Shown one piece after another: positions 55,807 to 64,000 of a stretch of DNA of 64,000 bases. Location: the NCBI GenBank assembly GCA_963785725.1, contig CAWAWS010000006.1, forward strand, positions 64,001 to 128,000, read 5' to 3'. The position numbers and the translations under genes were made by a program. The notes below the pieces were generated by a model that worked only from the letters and a program-made list of their open reading frames with translations, did no database searches and had not been told where the DNA came from. How positions within the stretch are numbered: the first letter of the stretch is position 1; the number at the start of each line of letters is the position of its first letter. This DNA is from an uncultured delta proteobacterium (lineage in GTDB: Bacteria > Myxococcota_A > Polyangia > Palsa-1104).

Positions 55807-55911
55807 GTCAGGCAAGCTGACTATGTCGTCAAGCAAGTTGACGAATTCGAGTTGGTCAACTTGCTTGATTAAATAGTCAATCAGGTTGACGAAATGGTCA
55901 GGCAGGTTGAC
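55807..55911. repeat. AT-rich array 2 of GTCAA-N5-TTGAC-N6 units
   Basis: Units start at 55807, 55828, 55855, 55876 and 55897 (21-bp period; one 12-bp gap at the symmetry centre). Confidence 0.85.
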
Positions 55912-56036
55912 GAAGTGCAATGACTCGAAGGTCACGACAGGCGTCGTTGGCCTGGTGAAGCTGCTGGGTGAGTGCGGCGTCGATGGGGCGATTCATCTGT
56001 CGCCGCGAAGAATGGGTCGGGCGATTCGTCGGGTCG

Positions 56037-56477
56037 TCAGGGCGCGGGCGGCTCCGGCTTCGGCGCCGACAGTCGGACTGCCGCGACGGCCGCGCCGAGC
56101 AGCGCAATGTCGCGCAAGACGGTCCAGGCGGTGACCGGTCCCGAGCCGCCGCCGAAGCAGCCGCAGTCGATGTTGATGCCTCGGGCGACCACTTGCCCAA
56201 CGGCCGCCGTGAACACGGCGAGCATGCCGGCCATCGCCAGCGCCGCCGCCCGTCGCCACTGCACCGGTGCCGCCACCAACGCCACGCCGAGCGCGATCTC
56301 GATCGCCGGCAGCGTCGCCGCCAAATACGGCGCCAGCTCGGGCAAAAAGCGATAGTTCACGATCTCGGTCGCGAACGCGGTCGGCTGCGCCAGCTTGAGC
56401 ACGCCGGCGAGCACGAACAGCCCGCCGAGGCCGAGCCGCAGCGACCATCCGAGCGCCAGTCGCAGCGGCGCGCTCAA
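56037..56477 (-). CDS. MauE/DoxX-family membrane protein
   Basis: FVLAGVLKL..LPAIEIALG..RGINIDCGCFG; TTG start overlapping the rhodanese stop. Confidence 0.85.
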   Translation of the reverse strand: MSAPLRLALGWSLRLGLGGLFVLAGVLKLAQPTAFATEIVNYRFLPELAPYLAATLPAIEIALGVALVAAPVQWRRAAALAMAGMLAVFTAAVGQVVARGINIDCGCFGGGSGPVTAWTVLRDIALLGAAVAAVRLSAPKPEPPAP

Positions 56478-57322
56478 CGGACGCCGCCGCCCGGCGCGGC
56501 AGTCGCGCCACTGCCGTTCTGCGCGCCGCTGCCCGGCGCGGCAGTTGCGCCATTGCCGTTCTGCGCGCCGCCGCTCGGCGCGGCAGTCGCGCCAGCCTGC
56601 GCGCCGCCGCTCGGCGCGGCAGTCGCGCCAGTCTGCGCGCCGCCGCTCGGCGCGGCAGTCGCGCCAGCCTGCGCGCCGCCGCTCGGCGCGGCAGTCGCGC
56701 CAGTCTGCGCGCCGCCGCTCGGCGCGGCAGTCGCGCCACTCTGCGCGCCGACTGCAGGCGCGACCGTCGCGCCGCCGCTCTGCCCGACGCCGCTCTGCGC
56801 AGCGGCGGCGCCCGCCGCGCCCGTCTTGCACTCGTCACACGGCCCCGACGCGCACGCCAATCCCGCGCTCGACCACGCCCCGAACCCACCCGCCAACACC
56901 TGCACGCGCGCGTTCGGATGTCGTCGCCGCAAGCTGTCCGCCACCGGCCGCGCGTCCTCGCTCGTCGCCCCATACACGACGATGCGCTGCGCCCGCTCGA
57001 AATGCGCCAACGCCTCGCCGGCCGCGCCCCCGGCGTCACACGGCAAATGCACCGCGCCCGCGACGTGACCCTCGGCAAACGCGCTCGCCGCTCGCGCATC
57101 GGCGACGACCACCCCCGGCTGCCCGCACAACCCAGCCGCGTCCGCCGGCGCCAAATCCTCGGCGCCCGCCGCGGCCTTGCCGTCATGCGGCCCCGTGCAC
57201 TCCGTCGGCGGCGCGAACGACGCCAGCGCCACGCCGCCCGGTCGCACGGCGTTCGTCACCAACCCCACCGCCGCCGCGCCGACCACCAGCGTCAGCGCGC
57301 GCACCCAAATGGCCGACGTCAT
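56474..57322 (-). CDS. Rhodanese-like protein with repetitive C-terminal tail
   Basis: DAR..FAEGHVAGA, VLAGGFGAW; TM N-terminus. Confidence 0.8.
   Translation of the reverse strand: MTSAIWVRALTLVVGAAAVGLVTNAVRPGGVALASFAPPTECTGPHDGKAAAGAEDLAPADAAGLCGQPGVVVADARAASAFAEGHVAGAVHLPCDAGGAAGEALAHFERAQRIVVYGATSEDARPVADSLRRRHPNARVQVLAGGFGAWSSAGLACASGPCDECKTGAAGAAAAQSGVGQSGGATVAPAVGAQSGATAAPSGGAQTGATAAPSGGAQAGATAAPSGGAQTGATAAPSGGAQAGATAAPSGGAQNGNGATAAPGSGAQNGSGATAAPGGGVR
56492..56790 (-). repeat. 36-bp coding tandem repeat (GATAAPSGGAQx)
   Basis: About 8 units, two extended to 42 bp by NG insertions. Confidence 0.85.
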
Positions 57323-57328
57323 GCCCGA

Positions 57329-58216
57329 TCAACAGATCCGATCGCGCAGCTCTTCCAGCACGCGCGATTCTCGCAATTGCCCCAAGGCCTCGCCCAGTTG
57401 CGCCGCCAGCTGCTCCCGCCGCGCCATCTCCGCGCGCAACAGCGCCAGCGCGCCCGGCTGCCCCGCGCCATCGGCGCGCACGACGAACTTCTCGACGAGC
57501 GGCAGGTGCACGTCGGTGTCATGCAGCGCGCCCAGCGTCTCCTGCAGCGCCGACAGCTTGTCGAGCAGCGCCGCCAGCGGCTCGGGAAACGCCGGCGCCG
57601 CCAGCTCCGCGACATAGCGCAGCTTCTTGACCGCGATGCGCAGCCGATGCGCCGTCGTCGGGTCGGGCGACTCGAGCGTCCGCTTGGCCAGCTTGCGCAC
57701 CGTCTGCAGCCGCTCGTCGAGCCGCTCGCGCAGGCAGCGACCGCCGAGTCGACCGTGCTGCTCGAGGCCGGCGATCGCCTGCGCCACCGCGTCGGCCTCG
57801 TCGCGCCAGGCCGCGATCGCCTCGTGCACCGCTTCGATGCGCCAGGGCAGCTTCTTCTCGCGCGTCTGCTTCAGCGCCACGATGCCCGAGTGATCGGCCT
57901 CCCGTCCGGCGCGCGCCGCCTCGTCGAGCCACGAAAGCTGCACCTGCAGCTCGCGCAGCCCGCCGAGCGCGTCGCCCAGCCGCTTGACCGCCTGGTGCGC
58001 GGTTTCGAGCTGCTTTTTACGGTCGAACAGCTGCAGCGCCGCGCGCATTCGCCGCGACGCGACGCGCATGTCGTGCACATCGTCGGGCTCGGCGTCGGTC
58101 GTCAACCGGTCCTCGTATTGACGCAGCTCACCCAAGCGGGCGGTCAGCGTCTTCTTGGCTGCGTCTTCCAGCGGGCTGTCGGCATCGATGCCTTCGATGG
58201 TCGCGGGCTTGGCCAT
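57329..58216 (-). CDS. CHAD domain protein
   Basis: VHDMRVASRRMRA, AHRLRIAVKKLRY, LQETLGALHD. Confidence 0.88.
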   Translation of the reverse strand: MAKPATIEGIDADSPLEDAAKKTLTARLGELRQYEDRLTTDAEPDDVHDMRVASRRMRAALQLFDRKKQLETAHQAVKRLGDALGGLRELQVQLSWLDEAARAGREADHSGIVALKQTREKKLPWRIEAVHEAIAAWRDEADAVAQAIAGLEQHGRLGGRCLRERLDERLQTVRKLAKRTLESPDPTTAHRLRIAVKKLRYVAELAAPAFPEPLAALLDKLSALQETLGALHDTDVHLPLVEKFVVRADGAGQPGALALLRAEMARREQLAAQLGEALGQLRESRVLEELRDRIC

Positions 58217-58241
58217 GGCGATGCATTATACTCAGACCTTC

Positions 58242-60716
58242 ATGCGCAAGCTGCTCCCTCCCGATTCTTCGTCCAGGGTCCTCGTCGATGAGGAGCTGGC
58301 GCAGCTGAGCCGCGTGCACGCCCTCGTCGCCAAAGGCGGCGAACCGAACGCCGCCAGCGACGCCCGCGACTTCGAGCGCGACCTCATCGCCCTGCGCGAC
58401 CAGATCGCCGACGAGAAAGCCGAAGACTTGCCGTCGCTGGTGGAGCAGATGACGCGTGTCTCGGCGCTGGCGCAGGGTCGGCGCAACAAGTCGACGGTGC
58501 CGATCGACGCCGCGTCGCCCTATTTCGCGCACATGCGCCTGCAGTCCGAAGGCAAGCCCGGCCACAAGCAGGACGTCACCGACGTGCTCATTGGCCGCCG
58601 CAGCCTCATCGATCGCGCCGCCGGCGTGCAGATCGTCGACTGGCGCGACGCACCCGTCTCGCAGGTCTACTACCGCTACGACGAAGGCGACGACTACGAC
58701 GAGGAGGTCGCCGGCGGCACCTTGCGCGGCGTCGTCCTCGCGCGCCGCAACGTCAGCATCGCCATGGGCAAGCTGCGCCGCATCGGCTGCCCGCAAGGCA
58801 CGTTCGTCAGCTCCGGCGAGGGCGAATGGTTCGAGGTCGGCGGCGAAGAGATCGCCCTCTTGGCCGGCGGACAAGGCACGGCCGCGCGTCCGCCGCGCCC
58901 CGGTCCGCCGCAGCCGCGCGGCACCAAGCGACGCATGGAGACGGCGCGCTCGCAGCACGACGCCAACAAGGCGCTGCCCGAGATCGCCGCGCTCATCGAT
59001 CGCGCGCAGTTCGACCTCATCACCGAGCCGGGCGCCGGCCTCATCGTCATCCAAGGCGGCGCCGGCTCGGGCAAGACGACGGTGGCGCTGCATCGCATCG
59101 CCTATCTCATCTTCAACGATCCGCAGAAGTTCAAGCCGTCGCGCTGCCTGTTCGTCGTGCCGTCGGAGGCGCTGGCGCGTTATGTCGCCGGCGTCTTGCC
59201 GGCGCTCGGCGTGCAAGGCGTGCCGGTGACGACGTTCCGCAGCTGGGCGCGCAACCTGCGCAAGCGGCTGGTGCCGTCGGCGCCCGACAAGTACGCCGAG
59301 GACACGCCGGCGGGGGTCGCGCGGCTCAAGAAGCACCCGGCGCTCCTCCAGCTCGTCGAAAAGGCGGTCGAGGTCGAGCTGACGGCGGCGCGCGCCTATT
59401 TGACCGAGCGGCTCGGCGACGCGCCCGGCGCCGGCTGGGTGCTCGAGATGTGGGACAAGCACGCCAAGCGCTCGCCGCTCGGTCGCGCCCGCGCCACGCG
59501 TCGCTCGGTGGAAAAGCAGATGCAAGCGCGCGCCGGCGAGCCGACCGCCGAATCCGCCGACCTCGCGGCGCCGACGGCGCACACGGCCGAGCAGGCGCTG
59601 AAGAAGGTCGAACGGCGCATCGGCGACGTGCGCCGCATCCTGTTCGAGCTCTTGACCGATCGCGGCCGTTTGGAGGCCTTGCGCGCGCCCGAGGTCCTCG
59701 AGCCGGCGTTGGCGCGCGAGATCGAAGAGCTGGTGCGGCGCTCGACGGCGCAGGTGGAAGAGCGCCTGCCCGAAGAGTACGAAGGCGTCGACGAAGATCG
59801 CTTAAAGCCCATCGACGGCCTGCCCCTCGAAGACTCCAGCGACGACGGTCAAGCGCGCGGCCGCCTCGACGAAGAGGACGACGCGTTGTTGCTGCGGCTG
59901 TATCAGCTGGTCCACGGTCAGCTGACCCGTGTCGATGGTGAGCCGCTCGTCTACGACCACATCGCGCTCGACGAAGCCCAAGATCTGTCGGCCGCCGAGG
60001 TCAAGCTGCTCTACTTCGCCACCGACGAGCAGCACTCGGTGACGATCGCCGGCGACGTCGCGCAGCGGGTCATCTTCGACAACGCCTTTCGCGGCTGGGA
60101 GTCGCTGCTCTCCGACATCGGCGTCGACGCGGCGGTGCGCATTCGTCCGCTCAAGCTCGCTTATCGCTCGACGGCGCCGGTCATGCGCTTCGCGCAGCGC
60201 GTGCTCGGCCCGCTGCTCCCCGCCGACGCCGCCGAGATCGAAGCGCGCCCCGGCGCCGAGGTGTCGCTGCACCCGTTCGAAGGCATGGGCGAGGCCGTCG
60301 GCTTCGTCGCCGACGCGCTGCGCTCGCTCATCGGCCGCGAGTCGGCGGCGTCGGTGGCGCTGCTGACGCGTCACGCCGGCCAAGCCGACGCCTGGTACGC
60401 CGCGCTCGCCCGCGCCGAGGTGCCGCAGCTGCGCCGCGTCCGTCGCCAGGACTTCGCGTTCGCGCCCGGCGTCGACGTGACCGAGGTCGGCCAAGTCAAA
60501 GGCCTCGAGTTCGACTACGTGATCTTGTTGGATGTGAACGATTCGAGCTATCCCGACTCGATCGAAGCGCGCCATCTCTTGCACATCGGAGCGACGCGCG
60601 CGACGCATCAGCTGTGGCTGGTGTCGACGGGCAAGCTGTCGCCGCTGGTCGCGGCCGCCGTCGCCGAAGAGGCCGCGGCTACAGCTTCAGACCAATCGAT
60701 TTCGCCTGCTTCTTGA
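58242..60716 (+). CDS. UvrD-like SF1 helicase (HelD-like)
   Basis: SPYFAHM, IVDWRDAPVS, QGGAGSGKTTVALHRIAYL, DEAQD, KGLEFD, TRA. Confidence 0.85.
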   Translation: MRKLLPPDSSSRVLVDEELAQLSRVHALVAKGGEPNAASDARDFERDLIALRDQIADEKAEDLPSLVEQMTRVSALAQGRRNKSTVPIDAASPYFAHMRLQSEGKPGHKQDVTDVLIGRRSLIDRAAGVQIVDWRDAPVSQVYYRYDEGDDYDEEVAGGTLRGVVLARRNVSIAMGKLRRIGCPQGTFVSSGEGEWFEVGGEEIALLAGGQGTAARPPRPGPPQPRGTKRRMETARSQHDANKALPEIAALIDRAQFDLITEPGAGLIVIQGGAGSGKTTVALHRIAYLIFNDPQKFKPSRCLFVVPSEALARYVAGVLPALGVQGVPVTTFRSWARNLRKRLVPSAPDKYAEDTPAGVARLKKHPALLQLVEKAVEVELTAARAYLTERLGDAPGAGWVLEMWDKHAKRSPLGRARATRRSVEKQMQARAGEPTAESADLAAPTAHTAEQALKKVERRIGDVRRILFELLTDRGRLEALRAPEVLEPALAREIEELVRRSTAQVEERLPEEYEGVDEDRLKPIDGLPLEDSSDDGQARGRLDEEDDALLLRLYQLVHGQLTRVDGEPLVYDHIALDEAQDLSAAEVKLLYFATDEQHSVTIAGDVAQRVIFDNAFRGWESLLSDIGVDAAVRIRPLKLAYRSTAPVMRFAQRVLGPLLPADAAEIEARPGAEVSLHPFEGMGEAVGFVADALRSLIGRESAASVALLTRHAGQADAWYAALARAEVPQLRRVRRQDFAFAPGVDVTEVGQVKGLEFDYVILLDVNDSSYPDSIEARHLLHIGATRATHQLWLVSTGKLSPLVAAAVAEEAAATASDQSISPAS

Positions 60717-61893
60717 GCGTGCCTTCGACTTTGGCGTCGAACGAATCGGGCTTGTCGGCGACATTCTTCCGCAGCCAGCCGTTGCGCTCTTTGGCGATGG
60801 CGTTGATCTCCGCCTGCACTTTGGTCCGCTCTTCCAGCTTGCCTTTGACGTAGGCCTCACGCGCCGGCGCGTCCATCTTCTGCATCGGCTCCGGCAGCGA
60901 CGCCGTCGGCACCGACGCCACGCTCACCTTGCCCGACGCCATGCCCTCGACGAGGTCGTCGTCCTTGCCGCCCGACAATCCGCCGATGGCGCCACCGCCG
61001 CGCGCGCCGTAAAAGCTGGCGCGATCGGCCGCCGCCGCCGGCGCCATGGTCTTCGCGGCCGTCGCCTTGTGGTGGAACGCCGCGCGCACGCCGCTCAAGC
61101 CGTAGCCGATGCCGGTGTCGACGAGCTTGGCGTTGAGCTCGGCCAGCTTCGTGTCATACGGCGTCGCCGCCACCTGCACGCCGCCCGACTGATCGATCGA
61201 CGCATACTCGCCCGCCGACTCCGACGCGATGCGATTCCACACCACCTCGGTCTCGCGGTCGCTGCCGCAACGAATGGTGTTGATGTGGATCCCGAGATCG
61301 TGCGCCTTCTTCGCCGCTTTGTTGTAGTCGTAGCCGTCGTTGTAATCGGTGTGCGGCGGCGCGTCGCCGACGAGGTAGATCTGCTTCAGCGTCGACTGAT
61401 CTTTGCTCCACGACGTCTTCATCACCGCTTCGGTCAACGCCTTCGAGACGTGCTCGGGCGTATCGCCGCCGCCGCCCGCTTCGAACGACGACAAATTCGC
61501 GAAGACCTCGTCGAGGTCGTCCGATAGATCGTAGAAGCGCGTCACGTATGCGTCACCGATGTCGCGATAGGCGACGAGACCGATGCGCACGTCCGGCTTC
61601 GGCTGCCCGTTGGCGATGAACTGCGCGATCGACCAGATCTTGCGCTTGGCGCCGTCGATGAGCCCGCCCATCGAGCCCGTCGTATCGAGCGCGAACACCA
61701 GCTCGACCCGCGGCGCCGCATGCGGGATCTGCACGACCGGCGTCAGCTGCGGCTGGTGCTGCGTGTCCAGCGTCAGCTTGTCGTCGGTCGGGAGCACCAC
61801 CGGGCGACGATGCGGCATCGCCGACGCGGCCCACGCCGCCAACACCAACACGCCACCGAGAAGGCCGTACGTCAACCAGCGTCGTTCATTCAT
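60679..61893 (-). CDS. Secreted vWA domain protein
   Basis: Signal/TM segment, DTTGSM, AYRD, GGGDTPE, VGDAPPH; 3' end overlaps the helicase by 38 bp. Confidence 0.85.
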   Translation of the reverse strand: MNERRWLTYGLLGGVLVLAAWAASAMPHRRPVVLPTDDKLTLDTQHQPQLTPVVQIPHAAPRVELVFALDTTGSMGGLIDGAKRKIWSIAQFIANGQPKPDVRIGLVAYRDIGDAYVTRFYDLSDDLDEVFANLSSFEAGGGGDTPEHVSKALTEAVMKTSWSKDQSTLKQIYLVGDAPPHTDYNDGYDYNKAAKKAHDLGIHINTIRCGSDRETEVVWNRIASESAGEYASIDQSGGVQVAATPYDTKLAELNAKLVDTGIGYGLSGVRAAFHHKATAAKTMAPAAAADRASFYGARGGGAIGGLSGGKDDDLVEGMASGKVSVASVPTASLPEPMQKMDAPAREAYVKGKLEERTKVQAEINAIAKERNGWLRKNVADKPDSFDAKVEGTLKKQAKSIGLKL

Positions 61894-61951
61894 GACCGTT
61901 CCTCCGCTCGCTGTAAACGCGGCGAACGGCGAAAAGATCTACGTCACGATT

Positions 61952-62197
61952 TCAGTCGCTGGTGGCGCCGCAGGTGAAGCGGAGGGCGCATAAAAAGCCG
62001 GGCGGACAGATGCCGTCGTCGTTGTAGGCGGGCGCGCAGTCGGACGGGCGAATGCAGAGGGTGTCGCACTCTTCGTAGACCGAGGCGTCGCGGTCGGGCT
62101 GGCCGCCGACGATGGGCTTGCCGCCACCCGACAGGTGACAGCCTGCGCCGCCGCACAGCAGCGCGACGGCAAACGCGCCTCCTCGCCAACTCAGCAT
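61952..62197 (-). CDS. Small Cys-rich lipoprotein
   Basis: Lipobox GAGC; six Cys in the mature part. Confidence 0.6.
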   Translation of the reverse strand: MLSWRGGAFAVALLCGGAGCHLSGGGKPIVGGQPDRDASVYEECDTLCIRPSDCAPAYNDDGICPPGFLCALRFTCGATSD

Positions 62198-62281
62198 AAT
62201 TTTAGTTTAACAGGATCGGGAGCGAGCCCGACGACCCGCGAAGTCGGGCACGCGTCGGCGAGGAGGGCGTAGCGACCGCCT

Positions 62282-62650
62282 TTAACGGCGGCTGCCTTTT
62301 TTCTTCGGAGCCGCTTTCTTGGCGGCCGCTTTCTTGGCCGGCTTCTTCGCCGGAGCCGCTTTCTTGCCCGCCGCGGCCTTCTTGGCCGGCTTCTTGGCCG
62401 CGCCCGCCTTGGCCTTGCGCTTCTGGCCACCGACGGCCCGCTTGGCGCGAGAGACATCGCCCGACGAGTCGAGGAAGTAGAGGTACCCTTCCTGGCGGCT
62501 GAAGTTTCCGGCCGCTACTTTCTCGGCCTTGTTTGCTGCCGAGGGACCGCCCGCACGCTTCATCGGGGTCTTCCAGACGTCGGACCCGCGAAGGAAGTAC
62601 AAGTACCCGGGCTCGCGCTTCACACCAACTTTTGCAACTTTCTCAGCCAT
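62282..62650 (-). CDS. Small basic protein: duplicated GYLYFL module plus histone H1-like tail
   Basis: GGAGG SD; REPGYLYFL and RQEGYLYFL; AKKPAKKA repeats. Confidence 0.8.
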   Translation of the reverse strand: MAEKVAKVGVKREPGYLYFLRGSDVWKTPMKRAGGPSAANKAEKVAAGNFSRQEGYLYFLDSSGDVSRAKRAVGGQKRKAKAGAAKKPAKKAAAGKKAAPAKKPAKKAAAKKAAPKKKGSRR

Positions 62651-62708
62651 CCCGATCCTCCTTGAGGGAGTTGCTTGCCGTCGACAATAGAAACCGCAAA
62701 AAGCCTTG

Positions 62709-63566
62709 TCAATTCTTTTTCCGTCGAGAAAGTGATTTTTCTCGTCGAGAACGACACAAAATCGCCTGCTCTTCGCTCTCCGGCAGCAGCTCCGCGCCGA
62801 GGAATCCGCCATGGTGCGCAGCGACGGTAAAATCGTTGTAATGGAGCAGCGCCTGCAGCTCGAGCGGGAAGAACTGGCGATGAACCAAACGGACGATTCG
62901 CTCGCGGCCTCCACTTTCGGGCGCGTAGTAGATACGCATGAACGCGATCTGCAGCGCCGCGTCGTAGGTGACGCTGGTCGAGTAGACCATCGCCTTGCCC
63001 GTCTTCGGATGGCGGAACTTCGTGCGCGCCCAGCGACGGTGCGGATCGCGCGCCAGCCAGCCGAGATGTGGGTTGAGCACGTCGAACGCGAAGAGCCCGC
63101 CCGGCGCCAAATGCGCGTGCACGACCGCCAAGAAGCGCTCGACGTCCTCGCGTTGATACAGGTGCATGAAGGCGTTGAAGGGGCAGATCACGAGCTGGAA
63201 ACGTTCGCGTAGATCGATCGCGCGGAAGTCGCCTTCGTGCAGCTCGACGCGCGCCGCCACCGCTTTTCCCGCTTTTTCCACGCGTTCACGGCAGCGCGCC
63301 AGCATCTTGGGCGCGGCGTCGACGCCGACGACGCGATAGCCGTCGCGCGCCAGCGGCAGCAACATGCGCCCCGAGCCGCAGCCGAGCTCGAGGATCGACT
63401 GCGGCTTCTTCACGCTGGGCGCGCCCAATTCGTCGGCGGCGAGCTTCTGATACCAGCGGATGTCGTCGCGGCGGCGCTTGTATTCGTGGTCGTAGAGGAC
63501 GGCGTCTTCGTAGTGCTCGCGCGTGCCGGCGGCCAGCGCCTGCGCGAGCTTGTCGGCAAAGGTCAT
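62709..63566 (-). CDS. Class I SAM-dependent methyltransferase
   Basis: [24 protein letters not shown]. Confidence 0.88.
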   Translation of the reverse strand: MTFADKLAQALAAGTREHYEDAVLYDHEYKRRRDDIRWYQKLAADELGAPSVKKPQSILELGCGSGRMLLPLARDGYRVVGVDAAPKMLARCRERVEKAGKAVAARVELHEGDFRAIDLRERFQLVICPFNAFMHLYQREDVERFLAVVHAHLAPGGLFAFDVLNPHLGWLARDPHRRWARTKFRHPKTGKAMVYSTSVTYDAALQIAFMRIYYAPESGGRERIVRLVHRQFFPLELQALLHYNDFTVAAHHGGFLGAELLPESEEQAILCRSRREKSLSRRKKN

Positions 63567-63603
63567 AGGACTCCTTCGGAGCACCGAGTATATTCCGCGG
63601 CGC

Positions 63604-64000
63604 ATGAAAAAAGCGGTGGTGCTCCTCTCGGGCGGGCTCGATTCGGCGACGGTGCTGGCGATGGCGCGCGCGCAAGGTTTCGAGTGCTATGCGCTCTCTT
63701 TTCGCTACGGCCAGCGCCATGTCGTCGAGCTCAAAGCGGCCGAGCGCGTCGCGGCGGCGCTGGGCGCGATCGTGCAAAAGACGGCGACTGTAGATCTCGG
63801 CTGGATCGGCGGCTCGGCGCTGACGTCGCACACCATCGACGTGCCCAAAGATCGCCCGATCGATCACATGGCGAGCGAGATCCCGGTCACGTACGTGCCG
63901 GCGCGCAACGCGCTCTTCCTCTGTCACGCGCTCGCGTGGGCCGAAGTCGTCGGCGCCAAGGATCTCTTCGCCGGCATGAACGCGCTCGACTACAGCGGCT
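63604..64000 (+). CDS. queC: 7-cyano-7-deazaguanine synthase, N-terminus (runs off window)
   Basis: Manual translation gives [30 protein letters not shown]. Confidence 0.93.
   Translation, partial: MKKAVVLLSGGLDSATVLAMARAQGFECYALSFRYGQRHVVELKAAERVAAALGAIVQKTATVDLGWIGGSALTSHTIDVPKDRPIDHMASEIPVTYVPARNALFLCHALAWAEVVGAKDLFAGMNALDYSG

Noticed and set aside
55636..55935. N-terminal extension of the Zn-ribbon ORF with VNLxD heptads
   Set aside because: The heptads are a by-product of the palindromic 21-bp DNA array and appear on both strands; composition is unlike the coding regions
56492..56790. 36-bp repeats as a CRISPR array
   Set aside because: In-frame coding repeats with no spacers
57329..61893. 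Helicase, vWA and CHAD genes as a defence island
   Set aside because: Different orientations, no nuclease partner, host-like composition; the helicase looks HelD-like
63604..64000. queC as part of a Dpd or QatABCD defence system
   Set aside because: Canonical QueC sequence with no dpd or qat neighbours visible; downstream context is outside the window

Overview
A high-GC (roughly 70% by eye), gene-dense chromosomal segment. The Cys-rich lipoproteins, PEGA-domain Ser/Thr kinase, VIT/vWA proteins, multiple ECF sigma factors and CYP51 suggest a Myxococcota (Polyangia-like) bacterium; this is inference. I found no rRNA, tRNA, CRISPR array, integrase or transposase. From left to right it holds: mdtABC efflux genes with a sigma54 promoter opposite an NtrBC-like two-component system; a c-di-GMP signalling operon; a GH18 chitinase; a VIT-vWA/ECF operon; a CYP51-ferredoxin fusion; fabH; an aldehyde dehydrogenase; a class A beta-lactamase; cysteine synthase; nuoB-erpA-glcD-nudix; arsC-moeZ plus a methyltransferase-SPASM fusion; an ECF/cupin anti-sigma pair; a kinase; an Nfn/GltD-like fusion; alkD; an RpoH-like sigma; an RNase Y-like gene; a full isc operon; rhodanese/MauE; CHAD; a HelD-like helicase; a histone-like gene; and queC. 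Three things stand out. (1) The isc operon is led by a 4-Cys MerR-family regulator instead of IscR, with paired palindromic operators flanking its promoter. (2) Downstream of isc are two AT-rich arrays of GTCAA-N5-TTGAC-N6 units in 21-bp phase. (3) A methyltransferase carries a SPASM-like and an RRE-like domain but no radical SAM core. About seven single-base frameshifts in otherwise intact genes, including iscS, most likely reflect sequencing or assembly indel errors.
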